A stretch of DNA of 63,973 bases, counting the filler, from Collodictyon triciliatum (taxonomy: Eukaryota), in NCBI GenBank assembly GCA_043381765.1. It is 5 parts of 5 records of this genome, joined end to end, with 100 filler letters (N's around TTAATTAATTAA, not from the genome) between each part and the next. Parts side by side here need not be neighbours in the genome. Positions count along the whole stretch, not along the records: positions 18,237 to 36,374 come from JBHJMP010001398.1; positions 36,475 to 54,600 come from JBHJMP010001399.1; 3 more parts are not named here. The stretch is one strand, 5' to 3'. Under the pieces are notes generated by a model, which worked only from the letters and a program-made list of their open reading frames with translations, was not told the DNA's origin and made no database searches. The position numbers were made by a program, and so were the translations under genes. Of this stretch, positions 23,901-43,022 are shown one piece after another (within the stretch, counting starts at the first letter, position 1; the number at the start of each line of letters is the position of its first letter).

Positions 23901-25592
23901 ACCATGCCTGTGCTTTTGCCCCCTTCAAGTTCAACCACTTTCATCTGATGTCCAATGACATTTGCTTGCTTGACTTGACTTGACTTGCTGACACACGCTT
24001 ATATATCAGTGACTCTATGATCACCGCTGTCCTGACATTCGGAGAGGGATATCACAACTTCCACCACGAATTCCCTTCGGACTATCGCAATGGTAAGTAT
24101 ATCACTTCGGTTTTCTTTCTGTGGTGGCATGATATAAATCTGTATTCATGTGCATTAACAAATTCCTGGAGAAAGTCTGAACCAAACAAAGACATATGCA
24201 AAAGTATCTCATGAATCATCGTTACAAAAATCCTCATCCACTTCTGTATTTCTACGCGTGCAGGTATTCGCTTCTATCACTATGACCCCACCAAATGGGT
24301 GATCCGTTTGCTGTCATACTTTGGCCTGGTAACAATCACATATCAACACACTATTGAGATATGATAATCTTTACCCCTTCTGTATCATCCCATGATATAC
24401 CAATAAATCACATGATTTTTTTTTTGTTACACTTTGAGATGACGGAATCCGTTTTTATTTATACACAAGATTGGTGATGACTATAATCATGTGAATGTTT
24501 TATTTTGTAATACTTTTCTGAGTTTTCTGGTTCTAGGGGATATGTCATTTCCATTTTTCTTTCTATTAACCCTCCTATCTGACGGCAACAGACTTACAAC
24601 CTGAAGCGCTTCTCGAATAATGAGATTTTGAAAGGACAGTACCAAATCAAGGCCAAGAAGCTCGAGAAGGATCGCCAATACATCGAGTGGGGACCAGATG
24701 TGAAGACACTTCCGGAGATGACCCTGCAGGAGGTCAAGAAGAAGGTTTGGGAATGCAAGCCAATAGCAACAGCGGCACATTGCCACTTTCTGTCCTTTCC
24801 CAACAAATTTGTTCTTGCCAGACCGCGAATACAGTCAGCAAATCTTTTTTTTTTTATACTTTTGAGAATTATAACCTACCTACACTTTCAAAGTTCATTT
24901 CATGAGAGTTGTCATGTAACAATGAAGACTTCCCTTTAAATCTGAACTCCTCCTGGGCGTCCCTCTGCAAAAGAAAAATATTGGAAAGGGGGAGCCAGGC
25001 ACACGAGCGATTTCTAACCAACACCACTGTACATAACAACTAGTGTGAAGCAGGCGAGAAGCTGATTGTCATCAACAACTTTGTGCACGACGTGAGCGAG
25101 TTTATCCACGAACACCCTGGTATGTATTTTCGAAATCCTTCATCTACTTTTCTTTTTAGCTTTTTGTGACATTCCACACGGGGGCATATGCCACGGGGCA
25201 GGGTGGTTGTTTCTTGTCTTGTATGGAGGGTGGGTGGGGGGTTATGCGAGCCATATAGTTAAGATGTGACAACCAGCAAGCAAAGCAAAACATATAGTTG
25301 AAAGAAAAAAGAAGAAATGAAATGAAAGAGAAATGAATCAGCAGCCAAAGACCGACTTTTACCTCAATGATGCTTCGCACCGCCGCCCCAAAGAAAGAAT
25401 AATACCAGCCACGCAAGAATAACCTTCGGATTGCACACAACAGGAGGCGCAAAGATCGTGGAGGCGTATCTGGGGATGGACGCGACGAAGGCGTTCCTCA
25501 AGGATGTCTACGCACACTCCAACGCCGCACGCAACACTCTGCACGCACTGCGCACCGGCCGCATCCGCCCGAGCGAGACTACCACGCACTAA
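20987..25592 (+). CDS. Fused fatty-acid desaturase: DesA/FAD6-like omega-6 (delta-12) domain + Ole1-like delta-9 desaturase + C-terminal cytochrome b5; 13 exons
   Basis: All introns are GT-AG and phase-consistent. The N-domain has [33 protein letters not shown] and [13 protein letters not shown]. Exon 22790-23046 continues without a stop into LNWLH...TGLGITAG, followed by [38 protein letters not shown] and the b5 motif HEHPGG. Confidence 0.9.
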
Positions 25593-25835
25593 ATCCCATA
25601 TCCCCATTCCCCATTCCTCATTCCCCATCCAACCAATAAAAGCCCGACCAACAAACAGGAAAGGTTGCTGCCGCCGTGTGTTGGTGCGAATGCGGGGATG
25701 ACGATTTATGGCCAGAACATTCTAGAAACCTCGACTGACGGAGAGATGGATAGATGGAGGGAGAGATGGAGAGAGGCATAGTCGGTAGTTTACATGCGAG
25801 GGAGAAATGGAGTGTGTGCGAGAAGCAAGGGGAGG

Positions 25836-26783
25836 CTACTTTGGGTTTGGGGGCCGGGTGAAGAGGCGGACGCGGCGGGTGTGTGTGGGGTCTGAGGCGT
25901 AGGCGTAGGCGTGGGTGTGGGTGTCGGCCATGAGGACATCGGGGTGCGGGGCGGGCGGGGGCGCGGAGGCAAAGAGAGGGGCGGGCGGGTGCGGGGGTGG
26001 GGCAGCGGGGAGTGCGGCGTGGAAGGTGGCGATGAGGCGGGCGACCTTCGCGGGGTGGACGTGGAGGCGGAAGCGGAGTGCGGCGAGGAGGTGGCGCTCG
26101 AGGAGGGCGAGGGCGGGCAGGGGCAGCGCGCCGAGGGCTGCGTACACGCCGTTGCCGAGGGGCGCGTCCGAGAGCAGCTTGTCGGCCACAAGCAGGGCCC
26201 CGAGCAGCAGCGCACGCATGGCCGCCCCCGGCACGCCCCGCCCCGTGCACGCGCGGTACCGCTGCACAAGCACCAGCGCCGTGCACGCCTGCTCCGCACT
26301 CACCACCCCGTGCGCCGCCCCGCGCCGCAGCTGCTCCTCCACGCTGCACATCGCCCCCAGCGCGCTCAGCGGGTGCCTCTCCGCCTCCGCCTCCGCCTCC
26401 TCCTCGCAGCTCGCCCGCAGGTACGCCCCCACGTGCACAAACAGCTCCTGCAGCTCCTCCCGGCTGAAGCGGCTCGGCTCCCCGTCTCCGCCCCCGCCCC
26501 CGTCCCTGTCCCCGTCTCCGCCCCCGTCGGCCGTCCCGCTCGCCTCGCCGTTCATCTCGTCCTTTGTCTGCTGCTCTGCCTCCGCGCTCGATCGCTGCTC
26601 TTTGCTGTCCCGCTTCTGCTGCTCGCCTGTGCCCTCTGCAGCCGCTGTCTGCTTTCTTTTCCTTGCTCGCGGGCGCCTTCTCCTTGCTTTGTTTATTTGC
26701 TTGCTTCGTCTGCACGGAAAAACATTGGAAGGTGCAATCCGGCGCCTCACGCCGCTTTCGGGTTCATTAGACTTTCTCGGCAT
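25836..26783 (-). CDS. Cyclin-fold protein (Pho80/cyclin-Y/P-U-type-like), intronless, very GC-rich
   Basis: ACTALVLVQRY...MRALLLGALLVADKLLSDAPLGNGVYAALGALPLPALALLERHLLAALRFRLHV resembles the cyclin-box pattern of Pho80/Pcl/cyclin-Y-type cyclins. The start codon is uncertain. Confidence 0.7.
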   Translation of the reverse strand: MPRKSNEPESGVRRRIAPSNVFPCRRSKQINKARRRRPRARKRKQTAAAEGTGEQQKRDSKEQRSSAEAEQQTKDEMNGEASGTADGGGDGDRDGGGGGDGEPSRFSREELQELFVHVGAYLRASCEEEAEAEAERHPLSALGAMCSVEEQLRRGAAHGVVSAEQACTALVLVQRYRACTGRGVPGAAMRALLLGALLVADKLLSDAPLGNGVYAALGALPLPALALLERHLLAALRFRLHVHPAKVARLIATFHAALPAAPPPHPPAPLFASAPPPAPHPDVLMADTHTHAYAYASDPTHTRRVRLFTRPPNPK

Positions 26784-27564
26784 TGTCCCGCTTCGTCCCT
26801 TGCGGCCGCGTTTGGCGCTTAAGTCCTAATGTGGTGATGAGAACGGCCTGATATGGGTCTATGTGCGTCATCCTTGGTCACCGTGTGGTGCGGGTTGCAC
26901 CTATGCATTAGCCGCTTTTGTTTAGTGTGCACGCCGGGTGACGCTCTGTGATGTCATTCTTTTGGACTAAAAGCACTTGTTGGGAAGGTCATCTGTCTAT
27001 GTCAGATGTTTCTATTTCGGCTGTTTTGTTGCAAATGTGGATTTCACTGTTCGTTTGTTCCTTTCTGGGCTCAAAATTAATGCCATTTTCATATACCTTA
27101 TGACCAACAGAATGTTTCCAATTCAACCGCAAACGGATTTCCTTTTTAAATCTGACTTCCTTATTTAATCATATTTGGCTTGTTCAGGAAACGCCTTGGA
27201 CGCCTCAATTTTCTAAATTTTCTGAAATTCCAAACCAGGAACTGCGAACCATTCTTTCCACATTTATATGTCATTCAGCGTATTAGTCTTCTCCATTGTC
27301 GGTGTGGCTGTTCAGCGTTTCCACCAGAAACCAAACCTGCCGTGTTTAATCTGATTAGTTTTTTTTTTCATTTTAATTAATCACTAGTTTTTTTTTTAAT
27401 AGTTTCTTTTTTCCTTTTGCTTTGTCAGCTGGAGTCCACCCCTGCTCCGTCAGTCAACGGCTAGTGTGAAATAAAGCACAAGAAGTTTTTTTTTTTTAAA
27501 GAAGGTAGGGAACAGAGGAGCTAAAAAAAAAAAAAAAAAAAAACCTCCGGCGTTTTCACACAGC

Positions 27565-30500
27565 ATGTGGCGGACTTTGTCTCAAGCCGCACGGCCAAGC
27601 CTACCGTTTGGCTCCCAAAGAGGGCTCCTTCCTCGACTGAGCGTGCTTCGATCTGCTCCTGCTTCTGCTGCTTTATCTCCCCCTCGCCAAAGTGCACCGT
27701 TCTCCACTCTCAGATTACTGGCGAGAAGCGCATTCGGTCAGAGCAGTCGCGCGCTGGCTTCGTCAACTTTGTCCTTGGACGTCAAAGAAAAATTTCCAGA
27801 CTATGACTTCCTTGCAAAATACCAAAAGGTAACCCTAGATATTCTTCCCTACACTCAAATAACACGGGTCATGCCTAATTCCGTGAAAGTCAAAACAAAA
27901 AAAAAAANNNNNNNNNNNNNNNNNNNNNNNNNNNNNNNNNNNNNNNNNNNNNNNNNNNNNNNNNNNNNNNNNNNNNNNNNNNNNNNNNAAAAAAAAAAAA
28001 AAAAAAAAAAAAGGTTACAAAGTCAATTACTACCTTGTCAAAATTATAAACAAGTAAAAAATAAAAATAAAAAAATTTCGACAGAAGATAAGTATGTGAA
28101 ACAATATCACAAAGAATACAACGTGATGCATACTCCCCCTCGCTACCTCAAACCCCATGAACAATTACAAAAAACAATTATCGTAATTAAAACAATAACA
28201 ACAACAAAAAGCAAGAGAAAGAAGAAGGGAGACCAAGAAAGCCAAAGATAGCTCCTTTGCCAAAGCTCACATTGGAGGAAAAGTTTCATGGTGTCAGGAA
28301 CAAAGGAGACAACCCTTTCTTGGACGCTGTATATTTTTTTCTTTTCATAAAAAAAAAAAAAAGACACCCCAATTCAACTATTTTTTTTTTTTTTTACAAT
28401 AATGTTCATGTCTATCAAACGTGATTTGAAATAATTATTTCTAGTCAGTCAACTTTCGCAGAGGCACATAATGCTTCGTATATTTCTCTACAAATCCTTA
28501 AAGAATTAAACATATATTCTTTTATTCAAATTCAAATTTTTTTTTTAATAGGTTGATGAAGGCGATATCACAAATGCAGTGTATTTGATAAAACATAGGT
28601 CCTTTCAAAAAACAAAACAAAATTATCTAAATCTTAAATCAAAAAATAAAATAAAAAAAGAGAGGATTATTTCTCCTCTTCAAACTTAAACTAATTCAAA
28701 GTTTCATCATAACTCACATCTATTTAAGATCATACATACTTTGTTTCTCTCTTTATTTTTCTCCATCTATTTTATACATTTATTCTTTCATAGATAGCTG
28801 ATAAAAATGTTTGTGACCCTACCAGCTTTATATCTATTCAGAAATACTAAAATTCAGATTTTTTTCCCCCCCACCATATGTGTACGGATTTACACGCAGG
28901 AATCGAAGGGCCATCGCCCTCAAGAAGTCATCTTTTCCTGGCAGAGCTGTCCAGATTTTATTGGAAACCATGGCAAAACAAGATAAATTTTCCTTGATCG
29001 AAGAGTTGATTCCAATTCTCCCTAAGATTGTCAAATTGGATTTAAGTTTCATTCATGTCCTCAAATCATTAAACAAATCGCAAACTTGGTCAAATAAGGT
29101 ACTGGTGCCGTTTTTATTTATTTTTATTCTTTTTTTTTTTTTTTACACAACCATTACTAAACAGAAGTAAATTTGAAAGTAATGATAAAGAAAATAAGAT
29201 AAATAGTTCTAAAAATTGAAAAATAAATATATGCAAAAAAAAAAAAAACGAAGTTATCTTAGCGCACCGAAATATTCAATATCAAGTGATAATGCAGCCA
29301 AAATTGTACAAAATATCTATCAAAACAAACAAACAAACAACTATTTCAATACTCACTCTCATTAATGGCTATAAAAGTTGTTTCCATGAAAAGTATATGA
29401 TTTCCGATCAACATAGTCAAATCGTGCGCTCCTTTCATAATCAACCACAAATTTAGGGTTTAATTTTTTTTTTTCTAAATTGTAGGTGGACCTGCTACTA
29501 AATACAAGCGAGGCCCCCAAACAATCAAGGAAAACAAAGGAAAACCAACATATAATTGATTCAAAGGAGGAAAAAACTGAAATTGCTCGACAAAATGAAT
29601 CAACTTACAAAAATTTATCAAATACTCTGAATAAGAAAGCAAAGCAAGAAAACTCTGGTATAGAGAGCCTTGAAAGGGAAAAGAAACCAAATACACAGAA
29701 CAAGGATTACTCTGCCATCAAAACAGAGCAGGATATGGAAGATTTAGTGTCAGAGTAATACCAAATTGAATAGAATAATTTTTTATAATTAAAATATTAT
29801 AAAGAAACAAAATCCATCACGAATATGTATACATGCGTCATATTACTCTAATCTTTCATAGAATTTAATCAACACTTTTACACGATTCAAAAATTCAGAT
29901 AACAAGTTTGAAGTCTACTCATATTTATCACAATAAAAAAAATGCAGAGTATTTGAAGAACAATCACCGACAAATGAAACGCTCGATGCACAAATTACAA
30001 AGTTATTACGAAAAAAAATATTCAAGGAAGCAGTGATTCTTCTTAAATTTGATAAAAGGTAGAATTAACTGTAGCTCTCTCTGTCTCTTCCTTACTCCCT
30101 TAGATCTAATATGAATTATCGTTTTTTTTTTTTTATTATTATTATTATTTCTTCATATGTTTCAAAATTTACTCCATTAAATCTTTATTCTGGATATTTC
30201 TTTTTAAAAATTGGTAATGCTATTTAACCCTCATGTACGAAAGGTTAATTTTGTATTTGAAAAGTCATCATATATTTCTATTTAATTTTCTCTTGAGAAA
30301 AAGAAACGAACATATAACTCGAACAAATTGAAATATAGTTCAGAAAAAGTAAGCGTCACAACTTACAATAAAGTGCTGCATGGTTGTTTGAGAATTCCAA
30401 ACTATGAGGATTTTGATTTGCTATTCAAGTTGTTCAAGAGAAAAGTATCACCATTTCCCCTTGACATATAAATATCTAAATGATCAAAATACTAATACTT

Positions 30501-32496
30501 ATAATAAATGAAAAAGATTGAAACTTATGGCAAAAGATAAATCAATCTTCGACGAAATTATGGAGAACTCGTGAATCAATATTTTCCAAAACTAGACTGG
30601 CTATCGCGTTGAAGGTCAAACAAATTATATCCGGGCTTTGAGATACTCTGACGTCAAAGAATATGGCAAGGCATTGGAAGCTATACGCGCTTCATCTGCC
30701 TTGATTGATTACGAATACTACGCAAGACTAATCGTCACGCTCACGAGACAGGACAGTGTCTCAACTGAAACAATAGAAGCAGCTCATTCTCTATTAGAGG
30801 CAAATACTTGAGTTTAGCCTATGCACATCAATCTACTTATTCTCATTTACATGTACACTTAAGCTACTCATATGCTTTCTTTTTCTTGAATACTAAGTTC
30901 AATACACCCCACACTAGGATATTAGAAAGGCAGGAAAACGACTGAACATAAAAGTATTTTCGGATATCGTCAATGGTTGCGTGACAACAAACTCTCATGA
31001 AACCTTATTCTCAGTTATTGACAGTATGATAAACAATTTCAAGGTTAATAATTTTGAGGCATCGGCTTGAAAGATGACCATATATCTCTTTCTTTTAAAG
31101 TGTTCTTTAGCTGTTTAATTTTAAATTCCTCAAATTTGTGCCAATCGCTTGATATTGCAGTCATTATCGATATTTTTTCGCTTGTTAGATGCTTATTTTG
31201 TATTTTCCTCACACAAACCATTTTATGATGTCATGGACTCTGCTCTCTGGACTGATTCATCGTGGGTATGCAATAAATTAGATTATTCCCTCCGAGGATT
31301 TCTGCAGAGACCTATCAAATCGCCTTACCTCAAAAGGCCAGCATGGGCTTGTCATAAAGTTCTTTGATATGATGAGCACACATAAAGTTTACATTCCTTC
31401 TTCCATGGTAACGAGTCTATTTGCAACTGCACATGACACGGAAAACTGGGCTGTAAGTTCACTTTTTCGAAATATCATCATGGTGTTCGTGTACTTGATG
31501 CACTTTTTTCTACCTTTCTCTCCTCCTTTTTACTAATTCTTTCTGCTGGGGGTTTTTTTTTTAATTTAAAAAGTTACAAACAGTTAATCCTAGTTGTCGG
31601 CACATTATTCAGTCTATCAGTCCTTTATATTCGAAATCCAAGCCTTTCACCCCTAATACCGATTTGCATGTGCACACCAGACCGCCACAGAGATAGTAGC
31701 ATTTGCAACACATCACGGTGTCAAGCTAAGGGAAGACATTTTCCTGTCTATGCTCCAGAAGATTGTGTCTGAGGGAGATTCGCCAAAGGTGATTTCATTA
31801 CATATACATTTCTTTAAAAGACAAATGACAAATTCAGCATCCGATACAAATTTCAGCAATATATGCATAGAAATGAGGCCATAGCAATATCTGCTCGCTT
31901 CGCCAACACACCATCTATTAGTGTGATACTCACTAAAGTCTTTCAAGGTTGAAATGACGCTGGGCTATGCGAACAAAGCCGGGATTTCTATTCCTTCACA
32001 ACTCGCAACGCACATTTACATTTGGTTTGTATAAACAGATACACATCCATATTCACGATGTATTCACCCCCGAGAATATTCATCTGCAGAGATAGCATCA
32101 TCTGCGCTTGACAAACACAACTTTGATATATTTTCTTTTTATTTGCGTTATACCAAAAAACTCGACAACGTGATATGTTGTGCATTGGTGCTTTAGATGG
32201 CTAGACGACTAAAAATGATATAACCAACTTTCAGGTGCTGCTTGCCAAACCGCGTCCGGTCGTCTTTGCGGATTCTCAACCACATAACTGCAGTATCACC
32301 ACAGCAACTTTCCTTGCCCCTGGCCACACGGCTGAAAGATTCCTTAGGAAAGCTGGAATCAGACTCGACGCTGACCGAGGAGGAGGAAGAAGCCGTCAAG
32401 TCTTTGAGGCCCAAGGTTTTGAAGGCCATCTCCGAATCCCAAGCGCAAGTCCAAGCACAAGCGCAGCTCAGCTCACACGATTCTCAATCTGCCTGA
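27565..32496 (+). CDS. Probable mitochondrial helical-repeat (PPR-like) protein, multi-exon
   Basis: The N-terminus is an Arg/Ser/Ala/Leu-rich presequence lacking acidic residues. Helical units include VSVTTYNKVLHGC, KRLNIKVFSDIVNGC and GLVIKFFDMMSTHKVYIPSS. The model is incomplete and spans an N gap at 27908-27988. Confidence 0.55.
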
Positions 32497-33146
32497 ACAG
32501 CAAATCAGGCGTAGAACAGCAGCTTGGATTTCAATGTCAAACTATTTACTAACACCAATAAACAACATGTGAACATTTCATTTCTTTTCTTTTCATTCCT
32601 TTTTGCCAAAATGGATTGGTGAGAGGTAGAGCCACGCATTAGAAAAGAGAGTACGCCACATTCTGCATGTCTCATTTTTTTAGAAGGGATACAAAGACGA
32701 AGGTGCTTTTTGGGATAATATGATAACATATATTATTTTGTATAACTAGAAAAGAAACTAAGAAAAATAAATAAAAAGGAAAAGAAATAAAGAAAAGTAA
32801 AAAAAAATATATAAGCAAAATAAAAAGGAAAGAAAGGGAAAAAAAGGAAAAAAGGAAGAAAGGAAAAAAAAAAGGAAAAAAGGAAAAAAGGAAAAAGAAG
32901 AAAAAATTAATAAAAATAAATAGCGAAAACAAAAAGGTAAGGCTCGTGGCTCTGATTCCTCATACCGAATGTGCCATGCTTGCCTTTTGTTTTCATCGCC
33001 AAGCGCACCCACGTGCCAAAGCAGCCAAGCAAAGCCTGCTGCATAGTTGCGTTCGCCAATCAGAATCCTGCGATTATGATTACTGCGCACAGAGCAGAGA
33101 CAAAGCAACAGATGTTCGAGCCAGAAAGCAGACTCTCAACAAACAA

Positions 33147-33244
33147 ACAAAACAAAACAAAACAAAACAAAACAAAACAAAACAAAACAAAACAAAACAA
33201 AACAAAACAAAACAAAACAAAACAAAACAAAACAAAACAAAACA
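33147..33244 (+). repeat. (AAAAC)n microsatellite
   Basis: Directly visible. Confidence 0.9.
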
Positions 33245-33495
33245 AACACATACATACACACACAACACACGCATCCGCATGATTACAAACGAGCATATGT
33301 ATATATTCTTCTATCCAAAGCGAACCCTTCGTTAAATGACACTAAACACGCAACCCCGTCGGGGATGCCAATTGGATTGTCATTAATACTACCGCCACTA
33401 TTTCTTTTTTAATTATGCACTAAAAGTTGGGTTTGCACTGCACTTTGTACTGCGCTTGTTTTTCACAAGACAGAGTATTGCGTTGCCTTTCGGAA

Positions 33496-35907
33496 ATGCT
33501 TCGACAGGCGCTGCTTTTTCCTGTGCGGCTCTCGAGCGTGGCTCAGTCTGCCAAGAACGAATGGAAGACTCTGCCGTGGGTGACAAAGAAAAGCTATTCG
33601 ACAGAGACAGACGATTCCTTAGCGAAAAAGGGGAGCAAGTTGTGGACTGTTGAAAGTATGCAAAGCCACTGCGCGGAAATGCTCAAGTTGGTCATTGTTT
33701 TTATAGCCTCTTAAGTTAATATAAAAGAAAAAAAAAAGAAAAAAAAGAGGAGACTTGCTCGCCAATATATTGCCACTTTATCTCCACCATTGAATATCCT
33801 TTTATACATTTAATACTTCTATTTGGCTCCCTTTTTGAATGATAATGATTATGAATAAATCAATTATTTGAACAGAGAAAACGAGCGAGAGATATATCTC
33901 TGCTCCTTATTTTTACCAGAAAAAGTCGCAAGAAAAGTATGGGCAGTTCGAGCTTTTAATGTCGAGGTACTGGTTAAAACTTACCTGATTCACCAGTATT
34001 CACGTTTTTATACTGGGATAACATTACAATTGTATCGAAATGGGCAAAGAATACAAAACCGAGCTCAAAATACCAGAGATTCGGAGATGTTAAGCACAAA
34101 CCAATAAAAAAAGAAAGCATTTCATATTGTAATACATTTTTTTTTAAAAAAAATTCCATGACATATCATCCATTTTAATTGCTTCGCCTTTCAATTCCCC
34201 AGATATCTCGGGTTGCTGAGTCGACCACACAGAAAATAGCAGAGAAAATGAGATATATATGGTGGAAAGAAACGCTAGACCAGATATACAAGGTTGCATT
34301 AACACATATATTTTTCACACAACGAATATAAACAAAAAAATGTCACTGTTTGCAGCTCACGCATATTCAACCTACAAGAAATATCATACATACATTCTAT
34401 TTTACATCATCTTTTTTCAGTCTACATCGTATTATGGCTCTATTTTACATGAATTGGTTTATATTTCAGTTTTCAGGATTGCATGGGATTTGAAAAGCTT
34501 TTCTTTATTATTCGGCTAGAATGACCCACCAGACCAACCCATATCAAGATACCTTGCTAAAATTATAAACGAAGACAAAGTCCAACTCAATCGCTTATGG
34601 ATGGAAAGACTTATCGAATACAGAGTACCTCTCACACTATAATATCAAATATGCGAGCAATAATGCAACCTTTTCGCAAAAGAGCCTTTGAAAAATCGCT
34701 CCCTTTTCGTCTTAAACTGCTCTGCAAATATATAGGAACAGTATGGGTCAGATCATGTCTATCACTCTTTATCTGACATTGAAAGTTTTGCAGAGGGCAC
34801 TCATTCAACCCTCCTCTACCTCACTTTGCAAATCATGGGAATCAAAGACTTGCATGCTGACCATGCTGCATCTCATATTGGTTTGTAAGCAACATGCCTT
34901 TGGATTTATCTCTCATTCTTTACAGTTTAGGATAATCCGCATATATATCTGATTATTCATACACACTGATTTTTTCTTTTAAAAAAATTATGACCACGAT
35001 AAATAAAACATATTATTTAATCTCTGATAGCCAGTTTTTAGGGTCTTTTTATACTAATTTTGTACATCGATAGTATAAGTATTGGAATAAATAGAATCCA
35101 ATCTAAAACGCATCGCTCTATCGCAGGCAAAGCACTGGGAATAATATCCGTCTTGCGTGATGCACCTCAACAAGGTCAGCAGAGAAAAGGAACATTTCCA
35201 ACACAGCTATGTGTGAAGGTACTCATTTTTTTTTTTTTTTAAGGCGTTGTACTTCGATACTCTTAATGACACCCTCTTGTAAAATGATCGAAATATACTT
35301 AATTTCAGTCCACTAACATTTCAAAAATACTCACGCTGAACAAATGATGTTAAAGATTGGCGCATTTCAATTTTATATTTTTATACCCTTATTTGTAGCA
35401 TGGTATCTCTCAGGAAGCTATCTTCCGAGGACAATTTGACCAACGTATGGGTGACCTCTTCTACGAAATGGCCAACCAAGCAAATAGTCACATTATAAAG
35501 GCTCGTTCTATGAATGAGCAAATCAAAGGCGACGCATATAAGGCTCTCCTCCCAGCGGTAGCCAACCACTCTATTTCACTATATTCCTTGATAAATGCAG
35601 CCCAAAAACGCAAGGCGTTCTCCTTTTTTTTTTCTTTTTTTTTTTCTCTCTCTCTCTCTCCCTATTTCATTCCTAAGCTTCAAGTTCATTTCTTGCACCT
35701 GACAGCTTATTTTTCAATAATTTTTTTTTTTAAAAAGGACATTAAAATATCCACTATCTACTCATTTATTTACAGACTGCTGCCGCCTCATATCTCGAAC
35801 GCCTTCAAAAAGTGGATTTCAACATTTTCCATCCTTCTATGCAAGGGCCAAATCGACTCACACTCCCGTTTAACCTCATGTCAAAGAATTGGAACAAGCA
35901 GTTTTGA
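33496..35907 (+). CDS. NDUFAF6: Complex I assembly factor NDUFAF6 (squalene/phytoene synthase fold)
   Basis: Exons give [23 protein letters not shown]...[51 protein letters not shown] and [15 protein letters not shown]. There is a presequence-like N-terminus. Confidence 0.88.
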
Positions 35908-36374
35908 TAAAGCACTCATTTATCTGATTCTGTTCTACTTAGCGAGGTGACTCTTAGGCTTTGTGTTGTGATTTATTCTGGATATGTATACGGCTTTCAC
36001 TCGATATAATCAATCACTGGTATTGTTCAATCCTATTATTTCATTCATATGTATATTTAAGTGTATTATGCATGGTTTATTTTTTCTATGAACATGATTG
36101 AATGAAATGAAAAACAATACTTCGAAGTGTACACGAAGCACCAAAAACAAACGCTGTGTGACAACTCATGGCAATTGTAAAAAAGAAAAAGAAAAAGAAA
36201 AAGAAAAGACGTGAATGCTTCGCGAATACTATACTCAGCCATTTACTTAATCAATTACTCGCACATTCAGCGACAACAATTTTTCCTAAGAAAAAACAAC
36301 GCTACAAAATTACACACAAAAAAGCAAAAAAAGCAAAAAAAGCAAAAAAAGCAAAAAAAGCAAAAAAAAAGCAA

Positions 36375-36474
36375 NNNNNNNNNNNNNNNNNNNNNNNNNN
36401 NNNNNNNNNNNNNNNNNNTTAATTAATTAANNNNNNNNNNNNNNNNNNNNNNNNNNNNNNNNNNNNNNNNNNNN
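36375..36474. other. Artificial contig-joining linker
   Basis: 44 N + TTAATTAATTAA + 44 N. Confidence 0.95.
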
Positions 36475-36511
<37 letters not shown>

Positions 36512-36652
36512 ATGACATGCAGAAATATTATTATATAGAATATGTCATATTCCACTAATGTTTAGTAAAAATTCAGAGCAATCATGAAAACCCAGTTTTT
36601 TTTTCAGATGAATCGATTTACTGGGAAGTAGATACAATATTTTTTTCCAAAC

Positions 36653-43022
<6,370 letters not shown>

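Noticed and set aside
25618-26829. Several overlapping ORFs of about 300 aa on both strands
   Set aside because: Expected from extreme GC content. Only the 25836-26783 minus frame has a recognisable fold.
26826-26960. C/D-box-like motifs (GTGATGA, CTGA) suggesting a snoRNA
   Set aside because: Short motifs arise by chance, and I could not verify a terminal stem or rRNA complementarity. No tRNA or rRNA was recognised anywhere in the window.
9369-35907. Apparent clustering of complex I genes (NDUFB3, NDUFAF6) and splicing genes (CWC2, USP39)
   Set aside because: Each pair is split by an artificial contig linker, so adjacency is meaningless.
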